DNA from: a candidate division WOR-3 bacterium
GTDB lineage: Bacteria > Hydrothermota > Tepidihabitantia > Tepidihabitantales > Tepidihabitantaceae
Direction: 5' to 3'
Length of the DNA stretch: 12,273 bases
Assembly: GCA_965649205.1 (NCBI GenBank)
Contig: CBFGJV010000037.1
Span: forward strand, 1-12,273
Of this stretch, positions 1 to 8,187 are shown piece by piece. Position 1 is the first letter of the stretch. The number at the start of each line of letters is the position of its first letter. The notes beneath the pieces are model-generated. The model saw only the letters and a list, made by a program, of their open reading frames with translations, searched no databases and was not told the DNA's origin. The translations under genes and the position numbers were made by a program.

Positions 1-1
1 T

Positions 2-1006
2 ATAGTTCCTGAGCATCTCCGCGTGAGATCTACTGTGGGCGTCTTTGACGTCTCTCATATGGGGAGGATAGAGGTGCGTGGTCCGGATGCAGGTAGTTTC
101 GTGAATCGTATGACTACCAACGATGTGTCACTTCTAGCTCCCTATCAGGCCCAGTATTCGGTAATGTGTTATCCGGATGGAGGCATTGTAGATGACCTGG
201 TGGTCTACAGGTTTGAAGATTATTATCTGCTCGTGGTCAATGGGGCTAATAATGAGAAAGATACTGCCTGGCTTTTGGAGCACCTGAAGGGCAGCGTGTA
301 TCTTGAGAATGTGACAGAGAAAGTGGCTCAGCTTGCTGTGCAGGGGCCTAAAGCTGAAGCGGCGATGCAGAAGTTGTGTTCGCTGAACCTGGCTACTGTG
401 GGTTTCTATAGGGCGACCTCGACCAAGATAGCTGGAATGGAGGCAATTGTTTCCCGTACCGGATATACAGGTGAAGACGGCTTTGAATTGTATTTTGCGG
501 CGGAACAGGCGGAGAAGGTCTGGGACGCAATTTTTGATGCTGGTAGAGATTTCGATATAGAGCCAATAGGGCTAGGTGCTCGTGATACCCTTCGCCTGGA
601 GATGAAAATGTTACTTTACGGTAATGACATAGACAGTACTACTAATCCGTTGGAGGCTGGTTTGGGTTGGGTTGTAAAGTTAGACAAGACGGATGGTTTT
701 GTGGGGGCAGATGCCTTGCGCAGAATAGAACAGGAGAAACCATTGCGTCGCCTAGTCTGCTTGGAGATGACAGATGAGAGCATTCCACGTCCGCGATATC
801 GGATATTTTCCCACGGCGCGGAAGTAGGATATGTGACGAGCGGTACAAAATCTCCTTCGCTTAACAAGGGTATAGCTCTGGGATATCTACCTCGTGATTT
901 GGCAAAGGTAGGTACAGAGGTGGATATTGATATAAGGGGTCGTCAGGCAAAGGCTCAGGTTGTGCGACCGCCCTTCTACAAACACGGTTCGCGTCGGCAG
1001 ATGTAA
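2..1006 (+). CDS. gcvT: Glycine cleavage system aminomethyltransferase T (5'-truncated; frame is open from the window edge)
   Basis: Motifs FDVSHMG, GGIVDDLVVY, SRTGYTGEDGFEL, GLGARDTLRLE and GYVTSGTKSPSL. The frame reads IVPEHLRVRS from nt 2, so the GTG at 23 is internal (the conserved EH..VR precedes DVSHMG). Confidence 0.97.
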   Translation: MVPEHLRVRSTVGVFDVSHMGRIEVRGPDAGSFVNRMTTNDVSLLAPYQAQYSVMCYPDGGIVDDLVVYRFEDYYLLVVNGANNEKDTAWLLEHLKGSVYLENVTEKVAQLAVQGPKAEAAMQKLCSLNLATVGFYRATSTKIAGMEAIVSRTGYTGEDGFELYFAAEQAEKVWDAIFDAGRDFDIEPIGLGARDTLRLEMKMLLYGNDIDSTTNPLEAGLGWVVKLDKTDGFVGADALRRIEQEKPLRRLVCLEMTDESIPRPRYRIFSHGAEVGYVTSGTKSPSLNKGIALGYLPRDLAKVGTEVDIDIRGRQAKAQVVRPPFYKHGSRRQM

Positions 1007-1111
1007 TATGTCTGTTTTATATGACAACATCATAGTACGTCGTTGGTTAGTAAGTACCGAGTGTTTTTAATTCTGGGTTATGGCAAGAAGACATAGCTAA
1101 AGGGAGAGAAA

Positions 1112-1507
1112 ATGGTAAACATACCTAATGACTTGAAGTATACAAAAACACACGAGTGGCTGAGGATTGAAGGCGACATGGTGACGACTGGTATTACCGA
1201 TTTTGCCCAGCGTGAACTTTCTGATATAGTTTATGTGGAAGTTAACGCCGTAGGCAAGCAAGTGAAGCAGGATACCCCAATCGGAACTATTGAAGCTGTG
1301 AAGGCAGTCGCAGATTTGTATGCTCCCGTTTCGGGTGAGGTTGTGGAGGCAAATGAATCTCTTAAGCAGACCCCTGAACTGGTCAACAAAGATCCTTACG
1401 GCGCAGGGTGGATGGCAAAGATCCGATACTCGAACCCAGAGGAGCTAGAGGGTTTGCTCGACCCAGTCGCTTATGCGGAGTTGGTACGGAGGTCGGAGCA
1501 TCACTGA
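1112..1507 (+). CDS. gcvH: Glycine cleavage system lipoyl-carrier protein H
   Basis: YTKTHEW, GITDFAQ, lipoyl-Lys motif IEAVKAVADLYAPVSGEV, and PELVNKDPYGAGW; SD-like GGGAGA at about 1102-1107. Confidence 0.97.
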   Translation: MVNIPNDLKYTKTHEWLRIEGDMVTTGITDFAQRELSDIVYVEVNAVGKQVKQDTPIGTIEAVKAVADLYAPVSGEVVEANESLKQTPELVNKDPYGAGWMAKIRYSNPEELEGLLDPVAYAELVRRSEHH

Positions 1508-1582
1508 GAAAACGGTTTGTAAATGCAATGACTAGGTTCATAGGAGAACTAGGGTTCGCAAACAAAGGATGATGTTTTTGCC

Positions 1583-2920
1583 GTGAAGTTCACTCCTCAC
1601 ACCGAGCAAGATAGAAAGCTGATGCTTGAGCGTATCGGCGCTAAACAGGTTGCTGACCTTTTTGCCACCATTCCGGAAGATATTCGTTTCACGGGCACAC
1701 TTAATTTACCGCCTGCCGTTTCCGAACTTGCGGTTCGTACAGAACTTGAGCGACTGGCTGGGATGAATAGGGAGCTAATTTGCTTTGCCGGTGGTGGCGC
1801 ATATGACCACTACGTCCCCGCGATTGTTGATACCGTTATCAGTCGGTCTGAGTTCTATACTTCCTATACGCCCTACCAGGCTGAAGTTAGTCAGGGTACC
1901 TTGCAGTCGATATATGAATTTCAATCGTTGGTCTGCCGATTGTTCGGAATGGAAGTTGCAAACGCCTCAATGTACGATTGTGCCTCGGCCTTAGCAGAAG
2001 CTGCCCATATGGCTAGGGACATAAATCGCAGATCTCGCATCCTTGTTTCAGATACTACGCATCCCCGTTATCGGGAGGTAATCAAGACATATGCTCAAGG
2101 TTTGAATATGCCGATAGAGGCTATCCCGGCGGTAGCCGATACGACAGACCTTGAGGGCTTGGAAAGGGCATTGTCTGCAGATGTGGCAGCAGTAATTGTC
2201 CAGCATCCGAACTTTTTCGGCAGCTTGGAGCCGGTTTCCGCCATCACTCGCTTGGTACATGCTGCGGGTGCATTACTGATTATGGCGGTCGACCCCATTT
2301 CTTTGGGAATACTGCCGTGTCCGGGTATATACGGGGCTGACATCACGGTCGCAGAGGGTCAGTGTTTGGGTTTGCCGCTTAACTTTGGTGGGCCGTATCT
2401 TGGACTCATGGCTACCAAACGAGAGTTTGTACGGCACTTGCCCGGTCGACTGGTTGCGCGCACTACGGATTTGGATGGCAAGACCGGATATGTGCTTGCC
2501 CTTCAGACTAGAGAACAACATATACGTAGAGAGAGAGCTACTTCAAACATATGCACCAATCAGGCACTTTGTGCTCTGGCGGCAAGTGTTTACTTGTGCT
2601 GGCTGGGACCAGATGGACTCAGAGTAGTAGCTAGTCAATGTTTGGCAAAATCCCATTACCTCGCTAACAGTATTTCTCGCATACCCGGTTTCTCCCTTTG
2701 GAACAAGAATCCCTACTTCAAGGAGTTCGTGGTCCGTACTCCTGTCCCCGCTTCCTCTGTAGTTGAGAGGGGAATTGAGCGAGGATTTTTGTGCGGTATT
2801 GACATGAGCCGCTTTTACGAAGGAGGGAAAAACATGCTGCTTATTGCTGTGACCGAAAAAAGGACAAGACCGGAAATGGATGCTTACACGACGTTCCTAC
2901 AGGAAGAATTCGGAGGCTAG
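1583..2920 (+). CDS. gcvPA: Glycine dehydrogenase (decarboxylating) subunit 1
   Basis: FAGGGAYDHYVP, SEFYTSYTPYQAEVSQGTLQ, ANASMYD, GGPYLG and LQTREQHIRRERATSNICTNQAL; GTG start with AAGGA at 1565-1569. Confidence 0.97.
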   Translation: MKFTPHTEQDRKLMLERIGAKQVADLFATIPEDIRFTGTLNLPPAVSELAVRTELERLAGMNRELICFAGGGAYDHYVPAIVDTVISRSEFYTSYTPYQAEVSQGTLQSIYEFQSLVCRLFGMEVANASMYDCASALAEAAHMARDINRRSRILVSDTTHPRYREVIKTYAQGLNMPIEAIPAVADTTDLEGLERALSADVAAVIVQHPNFFGSLEPVSAITRLVHAAGALLIMAVDPISLGILPCPGIYGADITVAEGQCLGLPLNFGGPYLGLMATKREFVRHLPGRLVARTTDLDGKTGYVLALQTREQHIRRERATSNICTNQALCALAASVYLCWLGPDGLRVVASQCLAKSHYLANSISRIPGFSLWNKNPYFKEFVVRTPVPASSVVERGIERGFLCGIDMSRFYEGGKNMLLIAVTEKRTRPEMDAYTTFLQEEFGG

Positions 2921-2922
2921 CA

Positions 2923-3117
2923 GTGGAGTGTAATGTAAAACAGAACCTGCAAAACTGTACGTGTACTTACAGAACTTGTGCGTACAAAGGAAAGTGTTGT
3001 CAATGCGTTGCGTATCATCGTCAACGCGGCGAGTTACCAGGGTGTTTTTTCCCTTCTGAAACAGAAAAGACCTATGACCGTTCGCTTACCAGATTCATCA
3101 GTTGTCATCGCCAATAG
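2923..3117 (+). CDS. Small Cys-rich protein, DUF6485-like (putative metal-binding)
   Basis: 64 aa with 9 Cys, pattern CxCTY..C..KGKCCxCxxYH....LPGCFF....EKTYDRS recognised as DUF6485-like. GGAGG at 2912-2916 lies 6 nt before GTG 2923, and the ORF fills the gcvPA-gcvPB gap. Confidence 0.85.
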   Translation: MECNVKQNLQNCTCTYRTCAYKGKCCQCVAYHRQRGELPGCFFPSETEKTYDRSLTRFISCHRQ

Positions 3118-3130
3118 AAAATAGAACTCT

Positions 3131-4633
3131 ATGGAAAAAACTCTATTTGAACTCTCTCGTTCAGGACGACGAGCCTGGTCATTGCCAGAGCTCGATGTGC
3201 CGGCAGTGGAGGTTGTTCAGGACGACGAAGAAAAGCAGGGCCCTACTTCCTTTTTGACATACAGAGATTTACCAGAGCTGAGTGAAATTGATATAGTACG
3301 CCACTACATTCGTCTCTCTGTTTTGAATCACCATGTTGACAAGGGTTTCTACCCCTTAGGTTCTTGTACGATGAAGTACAATCCGAAAATAAACGAGCTT
3401 GTTTCTCGTCTTCCGAGGTTTGCCGCTGTACATCCGTTGACACCTGACTTCAGCTGTCAGGGAGCTCTTCAGCTTATGTACGAGCTTGGAGAGTTTTTGA
3501 AGGAAATTACAGGCTTCGATGCAGTTACCTTGCAACCCGCAGCCGGTGCTCATGGTGAGCTAACAGGTATTCTGATGATTCGTCGTTATTTTGAGAAGAA
3601 AGGAGAGAATCGAACTCTGGTACTGGTGCCTGATTCTGCCCACGGTACTAATCCGGCATCTGTAACACTTTCTGGATTCAAAGCGGTGGAGATTAAGTCA
3701 AACGAGAGAGGGCAGATAGACTTGGCAGAACTGGAGCGTCAGTGCAGCGACTGCGTTGCATGTCTGATGGTTACTAATCCCAACACCTTGGGCATTTTTG
3801 AAACACAGGCAAAAGAGATATGCGAGATAATGCATAGGCGAGGTGCTTTGGTATACCTTGATGGTGCTAACCTCAACGCATATCTCGGGTTCCACCGGCC
3901 GGGAGATGCCGGTTTTGATGTTATGCACATAAATCTCCATAAGACCTTTTCAACGCCTCATGGCGGAGGTGGACCTGGAGCGGGTCCCGTTGCGGTGAAA
4001 AAGAATTTGGAGCCTTTTTTACCGGTACCCGTAGTCACAAGGAATCAGGTTAAAGCCGACACAGAGGGGGTAGGCGCAACAAAAGCTGAATACAGATTCT
4101 CCCTGGATTATAATCGACCAGATACCATAGGCCGAGTCCTTGCCTTCCATGGTCAGTTTGGCGTTTTAGTCAAGGCCTATACCTATATTAGGATGCTAGG
4201 AGCAGCAGGCTTAAAAGATGTTGCTGAAAATGCAGTACTCAATGCCAACTACATACGTGCGTGTTTGCGGGACACATACAATTTGCCGTACGACGAGCCA
4301 TCCTTACACGAAGTTGTGTTTTCCGGCTCCCATCTGCGCCAGTATGGAGTCAGGACCCTGGATGTGGCCAAGCGACTTCTCGATTATGGCCTCCACGCTC
4401 CTACCGTTTACTTTCCTCTAATAGTGCCAGAGGCACTTATGATAGAACCTACCGAGACCGAATCTCTGGAGTCTCTGGATACCTTCATTAAGGCGATGCA
4501 CGAAATTGCAGCCGAAGCCGAACGCGATCCGGAGATACTTCGTCAGTCGCCAACTTCTACTCCCGTACGACGTCTGGATGAGGCTCGTGCTTCTCGGGAA
4601 CTGGATGTTTGTTACCCCAGGCGGCAGTCATGA
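3131..4633 (+). CDS. gcvPB: Glycine dehydrogenase (decarboxylating) subunit 2, PLP-binding
   Basis: [36 protein letters not shown]-Lys motif [18 protein letters not shown] (Lys codon 3941-3943), and [22 protein letters not shown]. Confidence 0.97.
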   Translation: MEKTLFELSRSGRRAWSLPELDVPAVEVVQDDEEKQGPTSFLTYRDLPELSEIDIVRHYIRLSVLNHHVDKGFYPLGSCTMKYNPKINELVSRLPRFAAVHPLTPDFSCQGALQLMYELGEFLKEITGFDAVTLQPAAGAHGELTGILMIRRYFEKKGENRTLVLVPDSAHGTNPASVTLSGFKAVEIKSNERGQIDLAELERQCSDCVACLMVTNPNTLGIFETQAKEICEIMHRRGALVYLDGANLNAYLGFHRPGDAGFDVMHINLHKTFSTPHGGGGPGAGPVAVKKNLEPFLPVPVVTRNQVKADTEGVGATKAEYRFSLDYNRPDTIGRVLAFHGQFGVLVKAYTYIRMLGAAGLKDVAENAVLNANYIRACLRDTYNLPYDEPSLHEVVFSGSHLRQYGVRTLDVAKRLLDYGLHAPTVYFPLIVPEALMIEPTETESLESLDTFIKAMHEIAAEAERDPEILRQSPTSTPVRRLDEARASRELDVCYPRRQS

Positions 4634-4663
4634 CACGGCTGGTTTTACGTCTGCCATATAGAT

Positions 4664-4981
4664 ATGCTTCCATCTGATATATCGCTTCAGCGTCGTGAGG
4701 AATTGTTAGAGCGTATTGCGCAGAAAATAGTAGATTTAAGACTTACGCCGGTAGCTATTGTCATGCTAGAATCGTCTAAGCCTGTGTCTTTCGTTGGTTC
4801 GCAGCTGATGGTATTCTTGCAGCCAATAGTGACGGCTGTATTTGCGTTTCGTCAATACGAGGAGATTGCTGCGCTCATGGAGGAACGCAGCAACATAGAG
4901 TTGCTTATTCAGAAGATAGAGTATTTGGAGGAAGCAAGAACTAATGGAAAAAGACAAGATAACAAGAATCTTGGCCACTGA
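4664..4981 (+). CDS. Hypothetical small helical protein with a hydrophobic central segment
   Basis: 105-aa ATG ORF starting 30 nt after the gcvPB stop and overlapping the next gene by 38 nt; protein-like sequence (AIVMLESSKPVSFVGSQLMVFLQP). No function recognised. Confidence 0.8.
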   Translation: MLPSDISLQRREELLERIAQKIVDLRLTPVAIVMLESSKPVSFVGSQLMVFLQPIVTAVFAFRQYEEIAALMEERSNIELLIQKIEYLEEARTNGKRQDNKNLGH

Positions 4982-6743
4982 TTGTGGCTCCACGACTACA
5001 AAGGCCATCATGATAGAAAAGGTTGGCGGTGAATACCGACTTAAAACAAGGGGAGAGGCCCCCACCACCGTAGAGGCACCTTTTGAAGACGTTACCAAAG
5101 GTGTACTTAACGCGGTTATGGAGGTGGAGGAACTCTCGGGAGTAAAGCTTTTGGAGGGAGAGCGCATACTTAAACCGAAGAAAGGAGACAGGGAGGGTAC
5201 CGATGTGTATATTTCTACCTCATCTGCTGGTGGAGGGTTACAGATGATGGTAGCCGGTGTAGTGGTCACAATGACCGCCGAAAGTGCAGCCCGGGCTGCG
5301 TTGGGCGCAGGGGCAATTGTAATGGACGTTATAGCCTCCAACGACGGACGCCTGCCTCATGAGAAAATAGAGCGAATTCGTACACTGCGGCCGGATATGA
5401 TACTTTTGGCCGGTGGGGTGGATGGCGGTACTGTTTCGCATATAGTGGAACTCGCCGAGCTGATTGCGGCCGCAGACCCCAAACCCAGGTTTGGAATGGG
5501 TTACAATTTGCCTGTCATATATGCAGGTAACAAAGATGCGCGGGAACTGGTCCTGAAGGCCCTGAGAGACAAATCTGAATTAGTTGTAGTGGAAAATATC
5601 CGGCCTGTGCTTGAACGCGAGAATCTACAACCCGCGCGCAACAAAATTCATGACCTTTTTATGGAGCATGTCATGGCTCACGCCCCGGGTTATCGGAAAC
5701 TAATGGAATGGACCGATGTACCTATTATGCCTACTCCGGGTGCCGTTGGTTTGCTGATAGAAAATATCGGTAAAAGCCAAGGAATTGCAGTGCTGGGGGT
5801 GGATATAGGCGGTGCCACTACGGACGTCTTCAGTGTTTTCCAAGGGGTTTTCAACCGTACCGTCTCTGCCAATTTGGGCATGTCCTATTCTATTTCGAAT
5901 GTACTGGCGGAAGCTGGCGAGCGCAATATTATGAGGTGGGTACCTTTCCAGATGGAGACGGCCGAAGTCCGTAACCGCATTCGTAACAAGATGATACGCC
6001 CCACGACTATTCCCGCTACGCTTGAGGAGCTCAAACTGGAACAAGCTATTGCTCGCGAAGCACTGCGTTTAGCTCTTCAACACCACAAATCAATGGCTGT
6101 AGGCCTCAAAGGGGTGCAACAGGAACGAACTATTTCTGATGCCTTTGACCAAACAGCTTCCGGTGAAACGCTGGTAAATATGATGGAACTATCGCTTGTA
6201 GTCGGTTCCGGTGGAGCTCTTTCGCACGCTCCTAGGAGAGTGCAGGCGGCGATGATGTTGCTTGATGCTTTCCAGCCCGAAGGAGTGACTCGGTTGACGG
6301 TGGATTCTATTTTCATGATGCCCCATCTGGGGGTACTGACCGAAGTTCATCCTGAGGCTGCCTATGAAGTTTTTGAGAAGGACTGTTTGATTCATTTGGG
6401 AACTGCAGTCGCACCCGCTGGCACAGGTAGAGAAGGAACCAGATGCATCAAAGTGCGTCTTACAGACAACAGGGGCCACTCGCAGGAAGTATCTGTCAAT
6501 TTTGGCGATGTTCAACTGTTACCTTTCCCACAAGGCGCGAGAGGCAGAGTGGTACTCAAACCCGAGCGCGGATTTGACGTTGGTGCAGGGGCAGGGAAGG
6601 AATATGAGGCCGAAGTAGAAGGTGGATTAGCTGGGCTTATCATAGATTGTCGTGGCCGTCCGCTTCAACTACCTGAAGATGACAGCAAGCGCATTTTCGT
6701 GCTTAAGAAATGGGCCGAACAGTTTGGCGCCTATCCTCGCTAG
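4944..6743 (+). CDS. glmL: Glutamate mutase L / GlmL-like ASKHA (actin-like) ATPase, reactivase family
   Basis: Phosphate-1 motif TDCGSTTTK, SSAGGGLQM, AARAALGAGA, PDMILLAGGVDGG, VIYAGN, phosphate-2 motif VDIGGATTDVFS, RTVSANLGMSYS and VVGSGGALSHAP. GGAGG at 4927-4931. This is not the DNA-repair MutL. Confidence 0.88.
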   Translation: MEKDKITRILATDCGSTTTKAIMIEKVGGEYRLKTRGEAPTTVEAPFEDVTKGVLNAVMEVEELSGVKLLEGERILKPKKGDREGTDVYISTSSAGGGLQMMVAGVVVTMTAESAARAALGAGAIVMDVIASNDGRLPHEKIERIRTLRPDMILLAGGVDGGTVSHIVELAELIAAADPKPRFGMGYNLPVIYAGNKDARELVLKALRDKSELVVVENIRPVLERENLQPARNKIHDLFMEHVMAHAPGYRKLMEWTDVPIMPTPGAVGLLIENIGKSQGIAVLGVDIGGATTDVFSVFQGVFNRTVSANLGMSYSISNVLAEAGERNIMRWVPFQMETAEVRNRIRNKMIRPTTIPATLEELKLEQAIAREALRLALQHHKSMAVGLKGVQQERTISDAFDQTASGETLVNMMELSLVVGSGGALSHAPRRVQAAMMLLDAFQPEGVTRLTVDSIFMMPHLGVLTEVHPEAAYEVFEKDCLIHLGTAVAPAGTGREGTRCIKVRLTDNRGHSQEVSVNFGDVQLLPFPQGARGRVVLKPERGFDVGAGAGKEYEAEVEGGLAGLIIDCRGRPLQLPEDDSKRIFVLKKWAEQFGAYPR

Positions 6744-6845
6744 TCTGCGTTACTTCCTCTACGTCAACGCCGGAAATAAGTCATGGACGCTGGACTGAAA
6801 CAAGAAAGGACTGCTTTTCAGCTTCAATAAGCAAAGTACTGCGTA

Positions 6846-6864
6846 TGAGCATGGTCGATGCTCA
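6846..6864. repeat. Perfect 7-bp inverted repeat TGAGCAT-N5-ATGCTCA (operator-like site or weak hairpin)
   Basis: Seen directly: 6846-6852 is the reverse complement of 6858-6864. It is intergenic, 23 nt upstream of the -35 box. Confidence 0.5.
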
Positions 6865-6887
6865 GCTTTCTACTCGGATTTGAGGGT

Positions 6888-6915
6888 TTGACAGCCTAGA
6901 ACACCATCCTATAAT
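6888..6915 (+). promoter_or_regulatory. Sigma70-type promoter, TTGACA-N16-TATAAT
   Basis: Perfect -35 (6888-6893) and -10 (6910-6915) boxes, intergenic, ending 5 nt before GTG 6921. Confidence 0.85.
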
Positions 6916-6920
6916 CCTGC

Positions 6921-8180
6921 GTGAGTGTCATGAGGTCCGCGCGGCTGACATTGAAATTCAGTTTTATTCTGCTGAGCTGGTTCTGGATTGTTGGCTGCGC
7001 TAAACAGACTCTTCGTGATGCCCCCGCCGGAATCAGTATTTTTGTGAGCCGTTGGTTAGGACCAGAACGACTCGCGCAGGATGCTGTAGTTGTTCAAAGG
7101 GCACGGGCAGCTGGACCGTGTGTGTGGGTATTGCTCGGGAGGATTTTTGCTGATCAAGAATGGACGCAGCTAACTGATGGTGTAGCACAGATTGAGTTGC
7201 TCAATGCCGTTGGAGTGGATGCAGTCGTGCTCAGTCCGGAATGGCTAGATTTCTGCCAAGAGCAACTACAGAAGCTTCTCAATCTCTCAAGATTCTATGT
7301 CTTGAGCGGGAATATTTTAGACAGCGTGGGCGAGACCATAGGTCATCCCTTCATGCTTACCACTCTGGAGGGGACCCGTCTTGGTTTTTTTGCCGTTTGG
7401 CTGGACACGGCTGATCCAAGGCTAAATTTGGCAGGGGTGAGTCGGATATCTGCCGAGATGGCGGCGAGTAAGTTTGTTTCCATTTTGGGCGGTCGTGCAG
7501 ATTTGGTGCTCGCTGTCGTGGACTCGCGGGATTCGACGGCAATTAGGTTTGACTGGGACACCGATGTTCTGATAGGTCAAAACCAGAGCAACTGGGTATC
7601 CACCGCGTCCCAATCTGGGATAGCCAGGCTTTTGCTATGGGTGCAGGACGGAAGACTGCGAGATTACCGTGTTTCCCACATAAGGACAGATACAGTTGAG
7701 ATGGTTCCTCCATTTAGGAGAGTGCTTGACTCGCTTTCTGCCGTAGTTGACAAACTGGCACAGGATAGCGTGGGAATAGGAGTCCGTCTTTCGGCAGAAG
7801 ATGCAACGAAGCGTATTGCTCAGGCAGTTGCTGATGCGAACGAAGCGGTTTTTCTCTTTGACCGGTCGTTAGTTCGCGATGGTTTTGAACCGGGCATTGC
7901 AACTCTTGGGCGACTGGTGGATGCATTTTGGGAACCGGGCAGACTGTGGACTCTTGAGGTTTCAGGACAAGAACTGCAAAGTTTGCTGTTAGATGGTGTC
8001 GGAGCACAGTGGAGGAGCAATGCTGGCGTTAGGCGGATATTTCCCCACAATCGCTACCGGATATGTGCAACGCCCGGGTTTTTTTTGCGTCGTCCGCAGC
8101 TGTACGGAAAGAGACACGAGTTGACCAGCGAACAGTTGTGGGTGATAGGTCGTCGGGTTTTGGAGAAAAAGAGGCTCTAG
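6921..8180 (+). CDS. Lipoprotein with a degenerate 5'-nucleotidase (metallophosphoesterase + 5'-NT C-terminal) fold; probable pseudoenzyme
   Basis: Signal peptide with lipobox IVG-C26. IELLNAVGVDAVVL..(SPEW)LDF..EQLQKLL..SRFYVLSGNI aligns by eye to the UshA-type MNALGYDA..LGNHEFD.G...L......FPVLSANI. C-domain-like VRDGFEPGIATLGRL and TLEVSGQELQSLL. Start is GTG 6921 or ATG 6930. Confidence 0.7.
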   Translation: MSVMRSARLTLKFSFILLSWFWIVGCAKQTLRDAPAGISIFVSRWLGPERLAQDAVVVQRARAAGPCVWVLLGRIFADQEWTQLTDGVAQIELLNAVGVDAVVLSPEWLDFCQEQLQKLLNLSRFYVLSGNILDSVGETIGHPFMLTTLEGTRLGFFAVWLDTADPRLNLAGVSRISAEMAASKFVSILGGRADLVLAVVDSRDSTAIRFDWDTDVLIGQNQSNWVSTASQSGIARLLLWVQDGRLRDYRVSHIRTDTVEMVPPFRRVLDSLSAVVDKLAQDSVGIGVRLSAEDATKRIAQAVADANEAVFLFDRSLVRDGFEPGIATLGRLVDAFWEPGRLWTLEVSGQELQSLLLDGVGAQWRSNAGVRRIFPHNRYRICATPGFFLRRPQLYGKRHELTSEQLWVIGRRVLEKKRL

Positions 8181-8187
8181 TTGTAAC

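Noticed and set aside
1007..1111. Glycine riboswitch or structured RNA between gcvT and gcvH (TATGTCT 1007-1013 / AGACATA 1089-1095)
   Set aside because: No glycine-aptamer consensus is present, and a 7-bp long-range match is expected by chance. A riboswitch would lie upstream of gcvT, outside the window.
1508..1582. Imperfect hairpin and near-repeat (ACTAGGTTC / ACTAGGGTTC) between gcvH and gcvPA
   Set aside because: Short and bulged with no U-tract, so it cannot be supported as a terminator or ncRNA.
4040..4095. Short apparent insertion in GcvPB ([16 protein letters not shown])
   Set aside because: It is in frame in a probable variable surface loop, with no intein or mobile-element features.
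4766..5341. 191-aa antisense ORF, and the other short overlapping ORFs in the track
   Set aside because: They are shadows of well-supported genes on the opposite strand or in another frame, with no motifs or initiation signals.
4944..6743. DNA mismatch repair MutL
   Set aside because: Name overlap only. The motifs are ASKHA/GlmL type, not GHKL ATPase.
2799..7752. Additional TTGACA hexamers inside CDSs (about 2799, 3337, 3437, 7747)
   Set aside because: They are intragenic and not positioned ahead of a gene start, so they were not called as promoters.
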